A stretch of 11,445 bases of DNA, taken from Candidatus Heimdallarchaeota archaeon. Its GTDB lineage: Archaea > Asgardarchaeota > Heimdallarchaeia > Hodarchaeales > Hodarchaeaceae. Of the stretch, positions 1 through 9,200 are shown in pieces; position 1 is the stretch's first letter; the number at the start of each line of letters is the position of its first letter. Made by a program: the position numbers and the translations under genes. The notes under the pieces are model-generated. The model made no database searches and was not told where the DNA came from. It worked only from the letters and a program-made list of their open reading frames with translations. Where the stretch lies: the NCBI GenBank assembly GCA_019057635.1, contig DXJL01000080.1:1-11445 (forward strand), written 5' to 3'.

Positions 1-65
1 ATATATCCCCGTAACATTTCCAGAATATAATAAGTCCTGGGGTCTCTCTGCGGGAGTCTTTATTG

Positions 66-96
66 AAAAAAAGAGAAAAGGAGAAAAGGGAAAAAA
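66..96 (-). terminator. Oligo-T/pyrimidine tract, likely archaeal intrinsic terminator
   Basis: Minus strand reads TTTTTTCCCTTTTCTCCTTTTCTCTTTTTTT, about 90 nt downstream of the stop of the 186..341 small ORF. Confidence 0.5.
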
Positions 97-185
97 TGGC
101 CGTTGCTAGTCTTCCTAACCCGACTCAAATTATCAAAAGGCGTTATTTCAGATTTGAGAGGTTAATATGAAGATAAATTGCGATG

Positions 186-341
186 TTAATATGCAGATGA
201 ACCAATAATCTTCAGTGAGATTTTCTGATCCTCCGTACTCAGTTCAGCACGAAGGCTCGTGAATACGGGTCCAGTATAATTGAGATATTCGATAGTTGAC
301 TGTAGTCGTTCTTGTGAAGGTCGTAGTAAGGGACGTGCCAT
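186..341 (-). CDS. Small hypothetical protein, 51 aa (YLxYxGP-motif microprotein, copy B)
   Basis: Manual translation: MARPLLRPSQERLQSTIEYLNYTGPVFTSLRAELSTEDQKISLKIIGSSAY*. Below the ORF-track cutoff. A TATA-like CTTTTAATA lies 22 nt upstream of the ATG, and the motif is shared with the neighbouring ORF 417..575. Confidence 0.7.
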   Translation of the reverse strand: MARPLLRPSQERLQSTIEYLNYTGPVFTSLRAELSTEDQKISLKIIGSSAY

Positions 342-363
342 ATTAGAAATGTTGTTCTTGAGA

Positions 364-397
364 TATTAAAAGAATGGTTCATACGTAGGTAGTACGT
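364..397 (-). promoter_or_regulatory. Putative TATA box for a leaderless transcript of 186..341, with a short upstream palindrome
   Basis: CTTTTAATA on the minus strand (372..364) ends 22 nt before the ATG at 341. An ACGTA-N5-TACGT inverted repeat lies at 383..397. Confidence 0.4.
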
Positions 398-416
398 GGG
401 GAAGATAGTATTGGTG

Positions 417-575
417 TTATACCAAAGGAAAGAGAGGAGAGGATGATAAATCAGACGAAATTGGTGGAATTTCCTCAATTCTTCGTAAATAAAGAGGCCC
501 TTGGTATTTTAGATAGGCGAGAACTTCATTTAGATTACTTAGATTTATTGATTCTGTATCAATCATTTTCATCAT
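417..575 (-). CDS. Small hypothetical protein, 49-52 aa (YLxYxGP-motif microprotein, copy A)
   Basis: Manual translation: MMKMIDTESINLSNLNEVLAYLKYQGPLYLRRIEEIPPISSDLSSSPLFPLV*. In-frame ATGs at 575, 572 and 566. TATATAAA (601..594) lies 21 nt upstream of ATG 572. The motif is shared with 186..341. Confidence 0.7.
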   Translation of the reverse strand: MMKMIDTESINLSNLNEVLAYLKYQGPLYLRRIEEIPPISSDLSSSPLFPLV

Positions 576-593
576 CCATGATTCTGTATTTGG

Positions 594-601
594 TTTATAT
601 A
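594..601 (-). promoter_or_regulatory. Putative TATA box for the 417..575 microprotein gene
   Basis: TATATAAA on the minus strand, at leaderless-type spacing from the ATG cluster at 575/572/566. Confidence 0.45.
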
Positions 602-754
602 TTTAGAATCCCAAAAAATACTTAGAGGGGTTTATCTATTTGAATAATGTGAAAGTTAGTATAAAAACTCGTAGAGGGAGGTTTTTCTATCCTAATTAGT
701 GATTATTCATCCAATGAAGGACGATCTGTAGAAATCTCCAAGGATTATCTCGAC

Positions 755-773
755 AAAAAAAAGGAGAAGGAAA
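755..773 (-). terminator. Oligo-T terminator after the thioredoxin reductase gene
   Basis: Minus strand reads TTTCCTTCTCCTTTTTTTT immediately after the TAA at 778..780. Confidence 0.55.
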
Positions 774-777
774 TTAA

Positions 778-2025
778 TTAGCTATTACTTAGGTATTCCC
801 TGATTGCAATAGCTGCTGCAGCCCCTTCACCAGCTGCTGCCACTGCTTGTTTCACTGAGCCGAAGCGACAATCCCCCGCTGCAAAAATCCCTTGGACTGA
901 GGATTGCTGTTGAGACGTGGTGATAAAACCTTGGGAATCAAGGTTAACTCCCTTTAGGAACTTTGTATTGGGTGATAATCCTACAAAAACAAAAATTCCA
1001 TCTGGATGATAATCTTTTACTTCTCCAGTTTCCGTATGCTTAACTCTAACAGCCTCAAGACTGTCCTCACCTAGTAGTTCAACAACTTTAGAATTTGCCC
1101 AAACTTCAATGCCTGATCGATCTCTTACTTTTTCCTGTAAAACAGGAGAAGCACGGGGTTCATTCCCACGGACGAGAATCGTCACATGATCAGCAAATTT
1201 CCCTTTCAGAAAAAGAGATTCTTCAAAAGCACTATTACCACCACCGATTACGAAAATCTTCCTATTTTTGTAGAAGAATCCGTCACAAGTGGCACAATAA
1301 TGTATACTTACTCCTAAAAGTGCGTCAGAACCCGGAACCACAAGCTGACGATAATTAGAACCAGTAGCAACAAGAACAGCTGAGCATGTAAATTCCTGAG
1401 ACTCAGTTTTTACGACTTTATACTGACATTCATCAAAGGAAGCATTAGGATGACAGGTACCCACGTTCAAGACTTTTTGAGGGGAGAGAATTTCAACCCC
1501 AAACCGTTCAGCCTGTTTTTTAACATTCTCAGCAAAATTTGCGCCCGTAATTCCCTCTGGAAACCCCGGAAAATTATCCAATCTGTTTGTGATGAACGCT
1601 TGTCCTCCAACCGTTGACTGTTCGATTACTAGCACGTCATATCCATCTCTAGCAAGATAAATCGCCGCAGTAAGACCCGCTGGTCCCGCTCCTATAATAA
1701 CAGTATGATAAAATGATTTTTTTGCTCTTTTTGCCAAGCCTAAGAAATCTGCGAGCTCAAAATTGCTGGGTTCCACAAATAATTTTCGCTCTCCATCCTT
1801 TATAACTTCAACAGCGGGTATTTTCCTTTTTTTTGTACCGAAAATAGCTTCGTTCGTGTCATACACAAATTGTAAAGCTTTCTCTCCTTCAACGTCTGGT
1901 TTTTCAATGTCAAACCAGCCATAATGAATACGCTGTTCACCTAAATATTTTTTTGTACGTCTACAATCACTACACCAGTTAGCTCCGTAAACATTAACTA
2001 TAGTTTGTTCTTCTGACATATTCAA
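778..2025 (-). CDS. trxB: Thioredoxin-disulfide reductase with fused N-terminal glutaredoxin/mycoredoxin-like domain
   Basis: N-terminal VYGANWCSDCRRTKKYL (CxxC, Grx-like). FAD-binding IIGAGPAGLTAA, redox centre YCATCDG, NAD(P)H-binding IGGGNSA and C-terminal GIFAAGD. The true start may be the ATG at 2019 (MSEEQ) rather than the TTG at 2025. Confidence 0.92.
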   Translation of the reverse strand: MNMSEEQTIVNVYGANWCSDCRRTKKYLGEQRIHYGWFDIEKPDVEGEKALQFVYDTNEAIFGTKKRKIPAVEVIKDGERKLFVEPSNFELADFLGLAKRAKKSFYHTVIIGAGPAGLTAAIYLARDGYDVLVIEQSTVGGQAFITNRLDNFPGFPEGITGANFAENVKKQAERFGVEILSPQKVLNVGTCHPNASFDECQYKVVKTESQEFTCSAVLVATGSNYRQLVVPGSDALLGVSIHYCATCDGFFYKNRKIFVIGGGNSAFEESLFLKGKFADHVTILVRGNEPRASPVLQEKVRDRSGIEVWANSKVVELLGEDSLEAVRVKHTETGEVKDYHPDGIFVFVGLSPNTKFLKGVNLDSQGFITTSQQQSSVQGIFAAGDCRFGSVKQAVAAAGEGAAAAIAIREYLSNS

Positions 2026-2037
2026 TCCCTTTCACAT

Positions 2038-3210
2038 CTAACTAAACACTTTATCGAACACAGGTATGTATTTAGATAGCATAAAGCGTCCGATGATCAT
2101 CCGTTGCACTTGGGAAGTTCCTTCGTAAATTTGATACAGCTTTGCATCCCGAAATAACTTTTCGATCAAATAATTTGTTGTATACCCATATCCTCCAAAG
2201 ATCTGTAGCGCATCTGAAGCTGTTTTCATTCCAGAATCCGTGGCAAATGCCTTCGCACAGCTTGCTGTTACCGTATTGTCCCAACTTTTATCCGCTTCCC
2301 AAGCTGCTTTCCATGTAAGTAGCCGCGCGGCCTCATAATGCATTTTCATTTCAGCAATCATGAACTGAATAGCTTGAAAGTTCGCAATCTCAGTTTCAAA
2401 AGCCTTACGTTTCTTAGCATATGCGATTGCATATTCCATTGCTGCTCGTGCCATTCCACATGCAAATGCTCCAATCGTCGGTCGTGTATGAGCAAATGTT
2501 TTCATTGCTAACGGAAATGCCTGTCCAAGTTCACCAAGGACATTTTCTAGGGGTATCCTTACATCCTCCATCCGTAACATTACCGTATTTGAGGATTTAT
2601 GACCCATTTTCGGAATCGGTTTTCCGATAGATAATCCAGCAGTTTCTACAGGTACCACGACCGCGGTAACGCCTTTATGACGCTTTGTACCTTCAAGACG
2701 GCAAAATAAACTAATAATCTTACTTACTCCCCCATTCGTTATCCACATTTTCCGGCCATTTATTACGAGTTCATCCCCTTCCACTCGTACAGTTGTTGTT
2801 ATTCCCGCCACATCACTCCCCATTCCTGGTTCACTTGTGGCAAACGAGGCAAATTGAAGTTTCTCTGTAAATGGACGCAGGAAATTTTCCTTCTGTTCAC
2901 TATTTCCCCCAAGAATAATTGGTTCTTGTCCAAGACTATTACAGAAAAGTGAAGTGGTTATTCCAGGATCAGCTGCGGCTGTTTCTTCCACTAACAAACA
3001 TGAATCCAGTATCCCTAATCCCAATCCTCCATTTTCCTTTGGTATTGTGACATTAAGCAACCCTGCTTCGAATGCTTTAGCATATACATCATATGGAAAT
3101 TCTCCTGACAGGTCATATTTTCGGGAGACAGGAATTATCTCATTCAGAGCAAAGTTACGCGCCTTCTTTTGTAGACTAATTTGCTCTTCGGTTAAACTAA
3201 AATCAATCAT
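2038..3210 (-). CDS. Acyl-CoA dehydrogenase (short/medium-chain type)
   Basis: MIDFSLTEEQ N-terminus, FATSEPGMGSD, INGRKMWITNG, RKAFETEIANFQAIQFMIAEM, ALQIFGGYGY, and RDAKLYQIYEGTSQVQR containing the catalytic Glu. Confidence 0.95.
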   Translation of the reverse strand: MIDFSLTEEQISLQKKARNFALNEIIPVSRKYDLSGEFPYDVYAKAFEAGLLNVTIPKENGGLGLGILDSCLLVEETAAADPGITTSLFCNSLGQEPIILGGNSEQKENFLRPFTEKLQFASFATSEPGMGSDVAGITTTVRVEGDELVINGRKMWITNGGVSKIISLFCRLEGTKRHKGVTAVVVPVETAGLSIGKPIPKMGHKSSNTVMLRMEDVRIPLENVLGELGQAFPLAMKTFAHTRPTIGAFACGMARAAMEYAIAYAKKRKAFETEIANFQAIQFMIAEMKMHYEAARLLTWKAAWEADKSWDNTVTASCAKAFATDSGMKTASDALQIFGGYGYTTNYLIEKLFRDAKLYQIYEGTSQVQRMIIGRFMLSKYIPVFDKVFS

Positions 3211-3448
3211 CGCTAAGATACCTCAAATGTTGTTGATATGATAGTATACCCACCTTCATCAGCTTCAAAAATATTCGCCCAACTATTGCGTAAAGCGGTA
3301 ATAATTATTCGAAATTATGGGATCTCAACCGATAAATAAAATTTCAATCGAAAAAAGGAGCTTCAACAGCAGAAATTTTTTAATTTGGGACTATTTGGGA
3401 ATAAACTGACCTGTTCTCGTAAACAGACATTTCTAAGGGTGTTTTTTC

Positions 3449-4090
3449 ATGAATTCTCTTTCACGTGGTATTCTAATCGCATTTGAAGGTATCGATGGCT
3501 CGGGAAAAACAACCCAAATTCACAAAGTTGCGGAGTGTCTACGAGAACTTAATTATCCAGTAACCGTTACTCATGAACCTAATCCCAATAGTCCGTATTC
3601 ACAGTTAATTCAGCAAAAGGTGAAGAAGCAACGAGACCAAGTCTCTCCTGAACAAGAGTTGGAATGGTATACAGAAGACAGACGATGGGATTTAGAGAAC
3701 AATATTCTTCCTGCGCTTGAGAGAAATGAACTGGTGTTGGTTGATCGGTATTATATGTCTAGTGCCGCATATCAAGGTGCTTTGAAAGTTTTTTCCTTAG
3801 ATTATGTTTTAGAGAAGAATTCATTTGCAAAACGACCAGATCTATGGATTATCCTGGATGTATCTGTCAAACTTGGTCAAACTCGATTGGGAATGCGCGA
3901 TAAACGAAATTATGATCAACTTGAAAAAACAGAGTATCAGAAAATGGTCTTAGTCAATTATCAGCGACTTTCTGAAATGGATATCGGTGGCCAAGTCGTA
4001 TGGATCGATGCCAGTATTGAGGAAGCTCAATTAACCCAAGTAATTGGACAGACAATCATTGATTTTCTGAAGGCATACGTTATCCACTAA
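3449..4090 (+). CDS. tmk: Thymidylate (dTMP) kinase
   Basis: P-loop IAFEGIDGSGKTTQ, THEP, LVDRYYMSSAAYQG signature and RPDLWIILDV. Confidence 0.95.
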   Translation: MNSLSRGILIAFEGIDGSGKTTQIHKVAECLRELNYPVTVTHEPNPNSPYSQLIQQKVKKQRDQVSPEQELEWYTEDRRWDLENNILPALERNELVLVDRYYMSSAAYQGALKVFSLDYVLEKNSFAKRPDLWIILDVSVKLGQTRLGMRDKRNYDQLEKTEYQKMVLVNYQRLSEMDIGGQVVWIDASIEEAQLTQVIGQTIIDFLKAYVIH

Positions 4091-4564
4091 TTATTTTTTT
4101 AAAAGGGCTCGGGCTGCTGTGATATAGACATCTAAATTTCGCAAAGTCTCCTGTTGAAAGTTATGAATTGTTTCAGCAGTTTTTGTGTTATCATAGACAG
4201 CGCTGGCTTGTTGTAGGATTTTGATGTCTTTGATGAGTTTGGTAATATCTTTCTTTAATTTCTCATCTTTCTCGAAGGTCATCCCTCTTACTCTGACTAA
4301 TAAGGCTAAAGCATCAGTAAATTGTAGATCGTAAACTAAAATTAGCGCCCGAATGAATAAGCTTTGTGAAATGACCAACTGGGCATTATAATCAGCATTT
4401 CTGTCAATACGATTTAGGAACTGTATTGCAGTCTGAACTTGTCCTTCTTCTATGTATGCTTTCGCCAACATAAAGTTTCTAAAGTCACGTAGCTCCATAA
4501 AATTTTGGAGCGCGTTTTCTATACGTTGTAATGAAAGTCTTATTTCACCGTCAAGTAAAGCCAT
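4091..4564 (-). CDS. Hypothetical alpha-helical (TPR-like) protein, possibly an N-terminally truncated remnant
   Basis: 157-aa ORF with TPR-like helix pairs (LAKAYIEEGQVQTAIQFL, RALILVYDLQFTDALALL). Its stop abuts the tmk stop with no gap. Confidence 0.6.
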   Translation of the reverse strand: MALLDGEIRLSLQRIENALQNFMELRDFRNFMLAKAYIEEGQVQTAIQFLNRIDRNADYNAQLVISQSLFIRALILVYDLQFTDALALLVRVRGMTFEKDEKLKKDITKLIKDIKILQQASAVYDNTKTAETIHNFQQETLRNLDVYITAARALLKK

Positions 4565-4722
4565 ATTTTAGGTCATTCCAATAAGAATCTGCACTATTCT
4601 TGCAAATCTCATGTTTCTCAGAGAATGTTTCTGCATAAAAAGATTTGTATAATTACTGTGTAAAAATTTCTGTAGAAATCGTTGAGTAACTCCCTCTGGA
4701 TATTATTTACGAAATAGACTGT

Positions 4723-5001
4723 TCACCTTGTTCGCTTAATGATATGATAGCCAAATTTCGTTTTAACAGGGATTTGTGTCATCTGATTTCTCTGTAATGC
4801 GAACGTTGCTTTTTCAAATTCTTTTACCATCTGGCCTCGGCCAAATTCTCCCAAATTTCCACCTTTTTTCTTTGATGAACATGTACTATGTTTACGGGCC
4901 ATTTCCTCAAATTTTGCTCCACCATTGATCTCTTCAATGATCTCTTCAGCCAATGTTTTCTTATCCACAAGTATGTGACGTGCTGTTACTTTGTTAACCA
5001 T
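4723..5001 (-). CDS. ppiC: Parvulin-type peptidyl-prolyl cis-trans isomerase (single domain)
   Basis: ARHILV, FEEMARKHSTCSSKKKGGNLGEFGRGQMVKEFE and VKTKFGYHIIK. The start is placed at ATG 5001 (92 aa) because GGTGA lies 5 nt upstream. The track's ATG at 5013 is the alternative. Confidence 0.93.
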   Translation of the reverse strand: MVNKVTARHILVDKKTLAEEIIEEINGGAKFEEMARKHSTCSSKKKGGNLGEFGRGQMVKEFEKATFALQRNQMTQIPVKTKFGYHIIKRTR

Positions 5002-5013
5002 ATTTTTCACCAT

Positions 5014-6273
5014 TCATCGTTCGGGCAATTCTGGTAGGGGGCCAAAATCTTTAATCATTTTCAAAATTTCGGTGTCGGTGAGGACTTTATTTTGACTTTT
5101 TGCATGGTCAAGGATGATTCTCACTAGATCAAGATTAAACGAAAATTGATGGTACACCAACCACCAAATCACGTTGCTCCTTCCACTATTAGGCCCAATT
5201 TCTATTCTCTATTCCCTACCTATCCATTCAGCAGGTACTGATGAATATACCCGATCCTCCAACCATGTGTCGCCAAGTCTCTTCGCCTTGACCAATGCTG
5301 ATGCGTGAATGCCAGTCTGGGTTCGGAAAGCATCTTTTCCAATAACTGGTAAAGAGGGGGGAATTGGTACATTCGTTACTTCCGACACTGTTTTCGAATA
5401 TTTGGGTAGTGCATATAATTTGTTATCAATCAATCCAAGCATTTTGCAGTTGGTCAATAATAACTCCATTGATAGGTTACCAGACCGTTCACCGAGACCC
5501 AAGGCAGTTGCATGAATTCTTGATGCACCAGTCTCGATTGCTGTAAGTGTATTCTCCAAGGCCATCCCTCTATCACAATGTCCATGCCAATCTATACCTA
5601 CGGTTTCCCCTAGGTCGTGAATGACAGTCTTCGCGAACTCAACAATCTTTTTTGTCCCTTGGGGAGTTGCATGTCCCACAGTATCGCAAAGAGCAATTCG
5701 ATTTGCCCCCGCCTCCACTGCCACTGTTATGAGCTGCTGCAAAACCTCAGGTGCAGATCGAGTGGTATCTTCAGTCACGAATGTAATTTTCTCAATGGAC
5801 TGATTGACTGCACGAGTAATTGTCTTGGTGACATCATTAACTATTTTCTCAAGCTTCCAGCCTTCAACTAGCACTCTGATAGGACTAGAGGCAATAAATG
5901 TACATACTTCAATAGGTGTTTCAGTTTTACCAATAATATCAACTAGAATATCAATATCTTCTGGAATCATCCGTGAAGGGGAATTAGCTTCGATAGAAAG
6001 TTTTTCTTGAGTAATTATTTTTACCAGACCCACGACATCTTCATGAAAATTTGTTGAAGCAAAATCCATGCCTAGATTTACACTATTTATACCAAGTTGC
6101 TCCATTAAACGAATAATCTGCGCTTTTTCCTCCAGAGACGGATGTCTAACACTTGCAGATTGTAAACTATCTCGCAGGGTTTCATCTAGAAATTGTAAAT
6201 CAGTCGGCCCCTTTGGAGTTGACGAGGGATCAACATTCCAATCATATATTAATTGTGATAAATCTCGATACAT
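5014..6273 (-). pseudogene. LeuA/homocitrate-synthase-like DRE-TIM enzyme interrupted by an in-frame TAG at 5209..5211 (pseudogene, read-through or sequence error)
   Basis: DETLRDSLQS, LCDTVG, metal-binding WHGHCDRG, GLGERSGN and TGIHA. After WIGRE* the frame continues RIEIGPNSGRSNVIWWL...KVLTDTEILKMIKDFGPLPELPER to a TGA at 5016..5014, giving 419 codons in total. There is no LeuA regulatory domain. Confidence 0.8.
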
Positions 6274-6292
6274 ATTAATCCCTTCTCGTGAG

Positions 6293-9200
6293 CTATTTAC
6301 CTGATAACGTCTCCCAGTTTAATTTTTTAACTTCAGTAATCCAAGTTTTATTGACAAATAGGTGCATTTTATACCAAGTGGTTAAGCCAACAATTTCATC
6401 AACACAGGCTAAATCGGGGTTTGTCGTAAGCCATTTATAGGCTTCAGGATACATTTCAGCATACGGTGGTACACCTGTTCCTTTCTCTGAATCCCACCAG
6501 TGTCCCGTATGATTCACTATAACCCAGAAGTGTATATCGGGTAAATGGTTAGTGAAATAGTCATTCACATCAGAAGTTGAATTTGAAGAGAAAGGATAAT
6601 TACCTGTGTCCTTGACTTCGTATTCTAGATAATATCGAAGGGCAAATTGAGTACCTCCCTCATTTATTGCCCATGTACTATAATTATAATCCCCTCCATG
6701 ATTATTTATATAAATAGCCATCTCCTGGTATCGGAGATCGAATATTTGATTGTAATGGACATTAGTAGAGACATTTACTAACATCCCTGACATAGCGAGG
6801 GCAAGAATTATTGTAAGTTGAGGTTTAATCTTTGGTTTCAACCAGTACAACCCAACAATCAACAATATCAGTCCAACGAAAGTAGCTAGGGGAGCTCCAA
6901 ACTCCATCACTTCTCCGATCCATGAAAAATCTAATTTGAATAGCAGGTTTAGGAAATCATGGACTATATAATCGTATAATCGATACAACCCACCCCCTCC
7001 CCTAAACCATGCATCGATAAAGAATTTATATGCAAACCCAGCAGTAATGATTCCAGGAAACGTTTTCAGTACATAAAAGCAAAGAAAAATGAATGGGATT
7101 AGATAAATAGCGGCGACAAAAAGGTTTCTGAACAAAGAATTTAGATTTCCATTAGCCAAAAAAGCGGTGAGGGGAACGTAAACAAATGTAAATCCGATTT
7201 CTAAGAAAAAATATCCTCCAGCTAGCCCTTTTTCAACATTATCAACAGCTAGTAATCGCATTTTCTCATATGAATAGATAAACTCAAAACCTTTGGCTGC
7301 AATAGCAAGATAAGGGAGTACAAGGGGAATATAGTAATAATTCAACTGAAACATTGCGGGGAAGAAAACAAGAGGAATGACAAGTAACCAAGTGATCAGG
7401 GCAGAGCCCAACGCGGGATTACGACGTTCTGAAAAGAAAAATGCCCAGAGTCCAATTAGGAAGAATGGAAGCATGACAACCAATACGTAATCGTTTATTG
7501 CACCCCCTAAACTATCAGCTAAATTATACTTGGTTCCAGAAGTGTAACGCCACCCAATGTAATAATCAAAAAATAAAAAGGTATATGTAACGACATCAGG
7601 CTTATTAGGATCACCAGCAAGCTCTCCTGGGGTCCGTACCTCCCATGGAAAGTTCACAAGATTAGCATCGATATATTGTACCCAGGCAATAAAGGGATAG
7701 AAGCTGAGAATAATGACAATGAGGGTGATTCCAATAAACAGAATATGGGATGAGAAAATTGTTAGTTCTGCTTGAGAACGAATTCTTGCTTTAAGATTGA
7801 AAAATTTTATGAGCTTATTCTTAAGATGTGGATAGTAGGACAGTAAGGGAATTAGTAATAAGGAGATAGCAACACCCATTAACGTTATTGACAAAGCATT
7901 TCGATCAAAAACAAGTCCAAGCAGAAGTAATCCAACAAACCAAAACATCAACCAAATACCCATAATAATTAGGGGAAAACTGTCTATTAACTCGTAAATA
8001 AAACGAATGAAGGCTCTATCGGAGGAAATGAAATCTAATAACAACCCAAATGCAACTAATGCGAGAATAATTGTACCAATCGATCCTAATAATGCTCCGA
8101 TGAGTTCTAATAATGCTAGAACGAAGACCTCGTTGTTAAGTGCCTCTAGATTTTCTAGTGTTCCTTCTGATAGAAAGAATAAAATTCCTTTAATTATGGA
8201 CATATTATTCGAACTTAAAGCAGTTGCAAATTGTTTGAAAGCATCCTCTAATCGATTATAAAAAAGAGATACGATGATATTTCCCGCAAATGCTGCTAAT
8301 ACGCTCGTAATTCCAGTGAAAAATAACACAAGGTAGTTTCCTTCAACGAACTCATTTTTCCAAAACCGAAGAAACACAGTAAAACATGTAGAAGCGCTCA
8401 CGATAGCTATTATTAGACCAGCGACAAGAAGTTGATTGTAAATAACAGTAATAATAAATGAGATGACCAATGCAAGTAAGAATACAAAATACGGGAAAAG
8501 ATTGGCATAGGTTTGTTCTGAGGAAGAAGAATGTTCCTCATTGTCGGAGAAAGAAAGAGAAAATGATTCACGACTCTCATGTAGAGCAATTTTTAATTGA
8601 GAGAAATCAACATGCCGCTCTAAATATCTGAATACCAAATAGATGGCTATGGATGGTGCAATTAATACCCCTTGCCATGCTTTCGTCATGACATTTAGTA
8701 CATTAAGTATTCCTGTTAGTATGATTAATAAATAGCCTTTTTTCAGATTGTTATCAACAAATATCGCATCAATGGCGCGAATTCCTGTTAAAAAAACTAT
8801 AGATCCCATGAAAATAACAAAGGGGTCGATATATGCAGTTCGAGAATAGAAATTTAGAAATGAGGCTAGTGCAACCAGAAGCCCTGCTATAGCATGCGCG
8901 CTCTTAGTTTCTTTTTGATGACTGAACAAGAGGTATATCACTACCGCAAGACCAGCACCACCTATAGCATTCATGCCATTTGCCCCAAAAGTGCTTTTTC
9001 CAAAGATATTCATGAGGAGCGCGCCAAAAATGAAAGCAAAAGGAGGTTTATCAAATAATTGAAGGGTTGTATTATTCCCCCTATAATATAAAGGTAGGAA
9101 AGGATCTGATAACCCGTCAGCTATTCGTGAGGCAATGGAAACAAACCAACCTTCATCCCACATGTCAATAGACGAAGTATAAACTATCTTTAACCAAAAG

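Noticed and set aside
1-17. Possible minus-strand gene start (ATG at 17, MLRGY...)
   Set aside because: Only five codons are visible before the window edge, so it cannot be supported.
239-625. Track ORFs 239..478 (-) and 443..625 (+)
   Set aside because: They overlap the two motif-sharing microprotein ORFs in other frames, have atypical composition and show no motifs.
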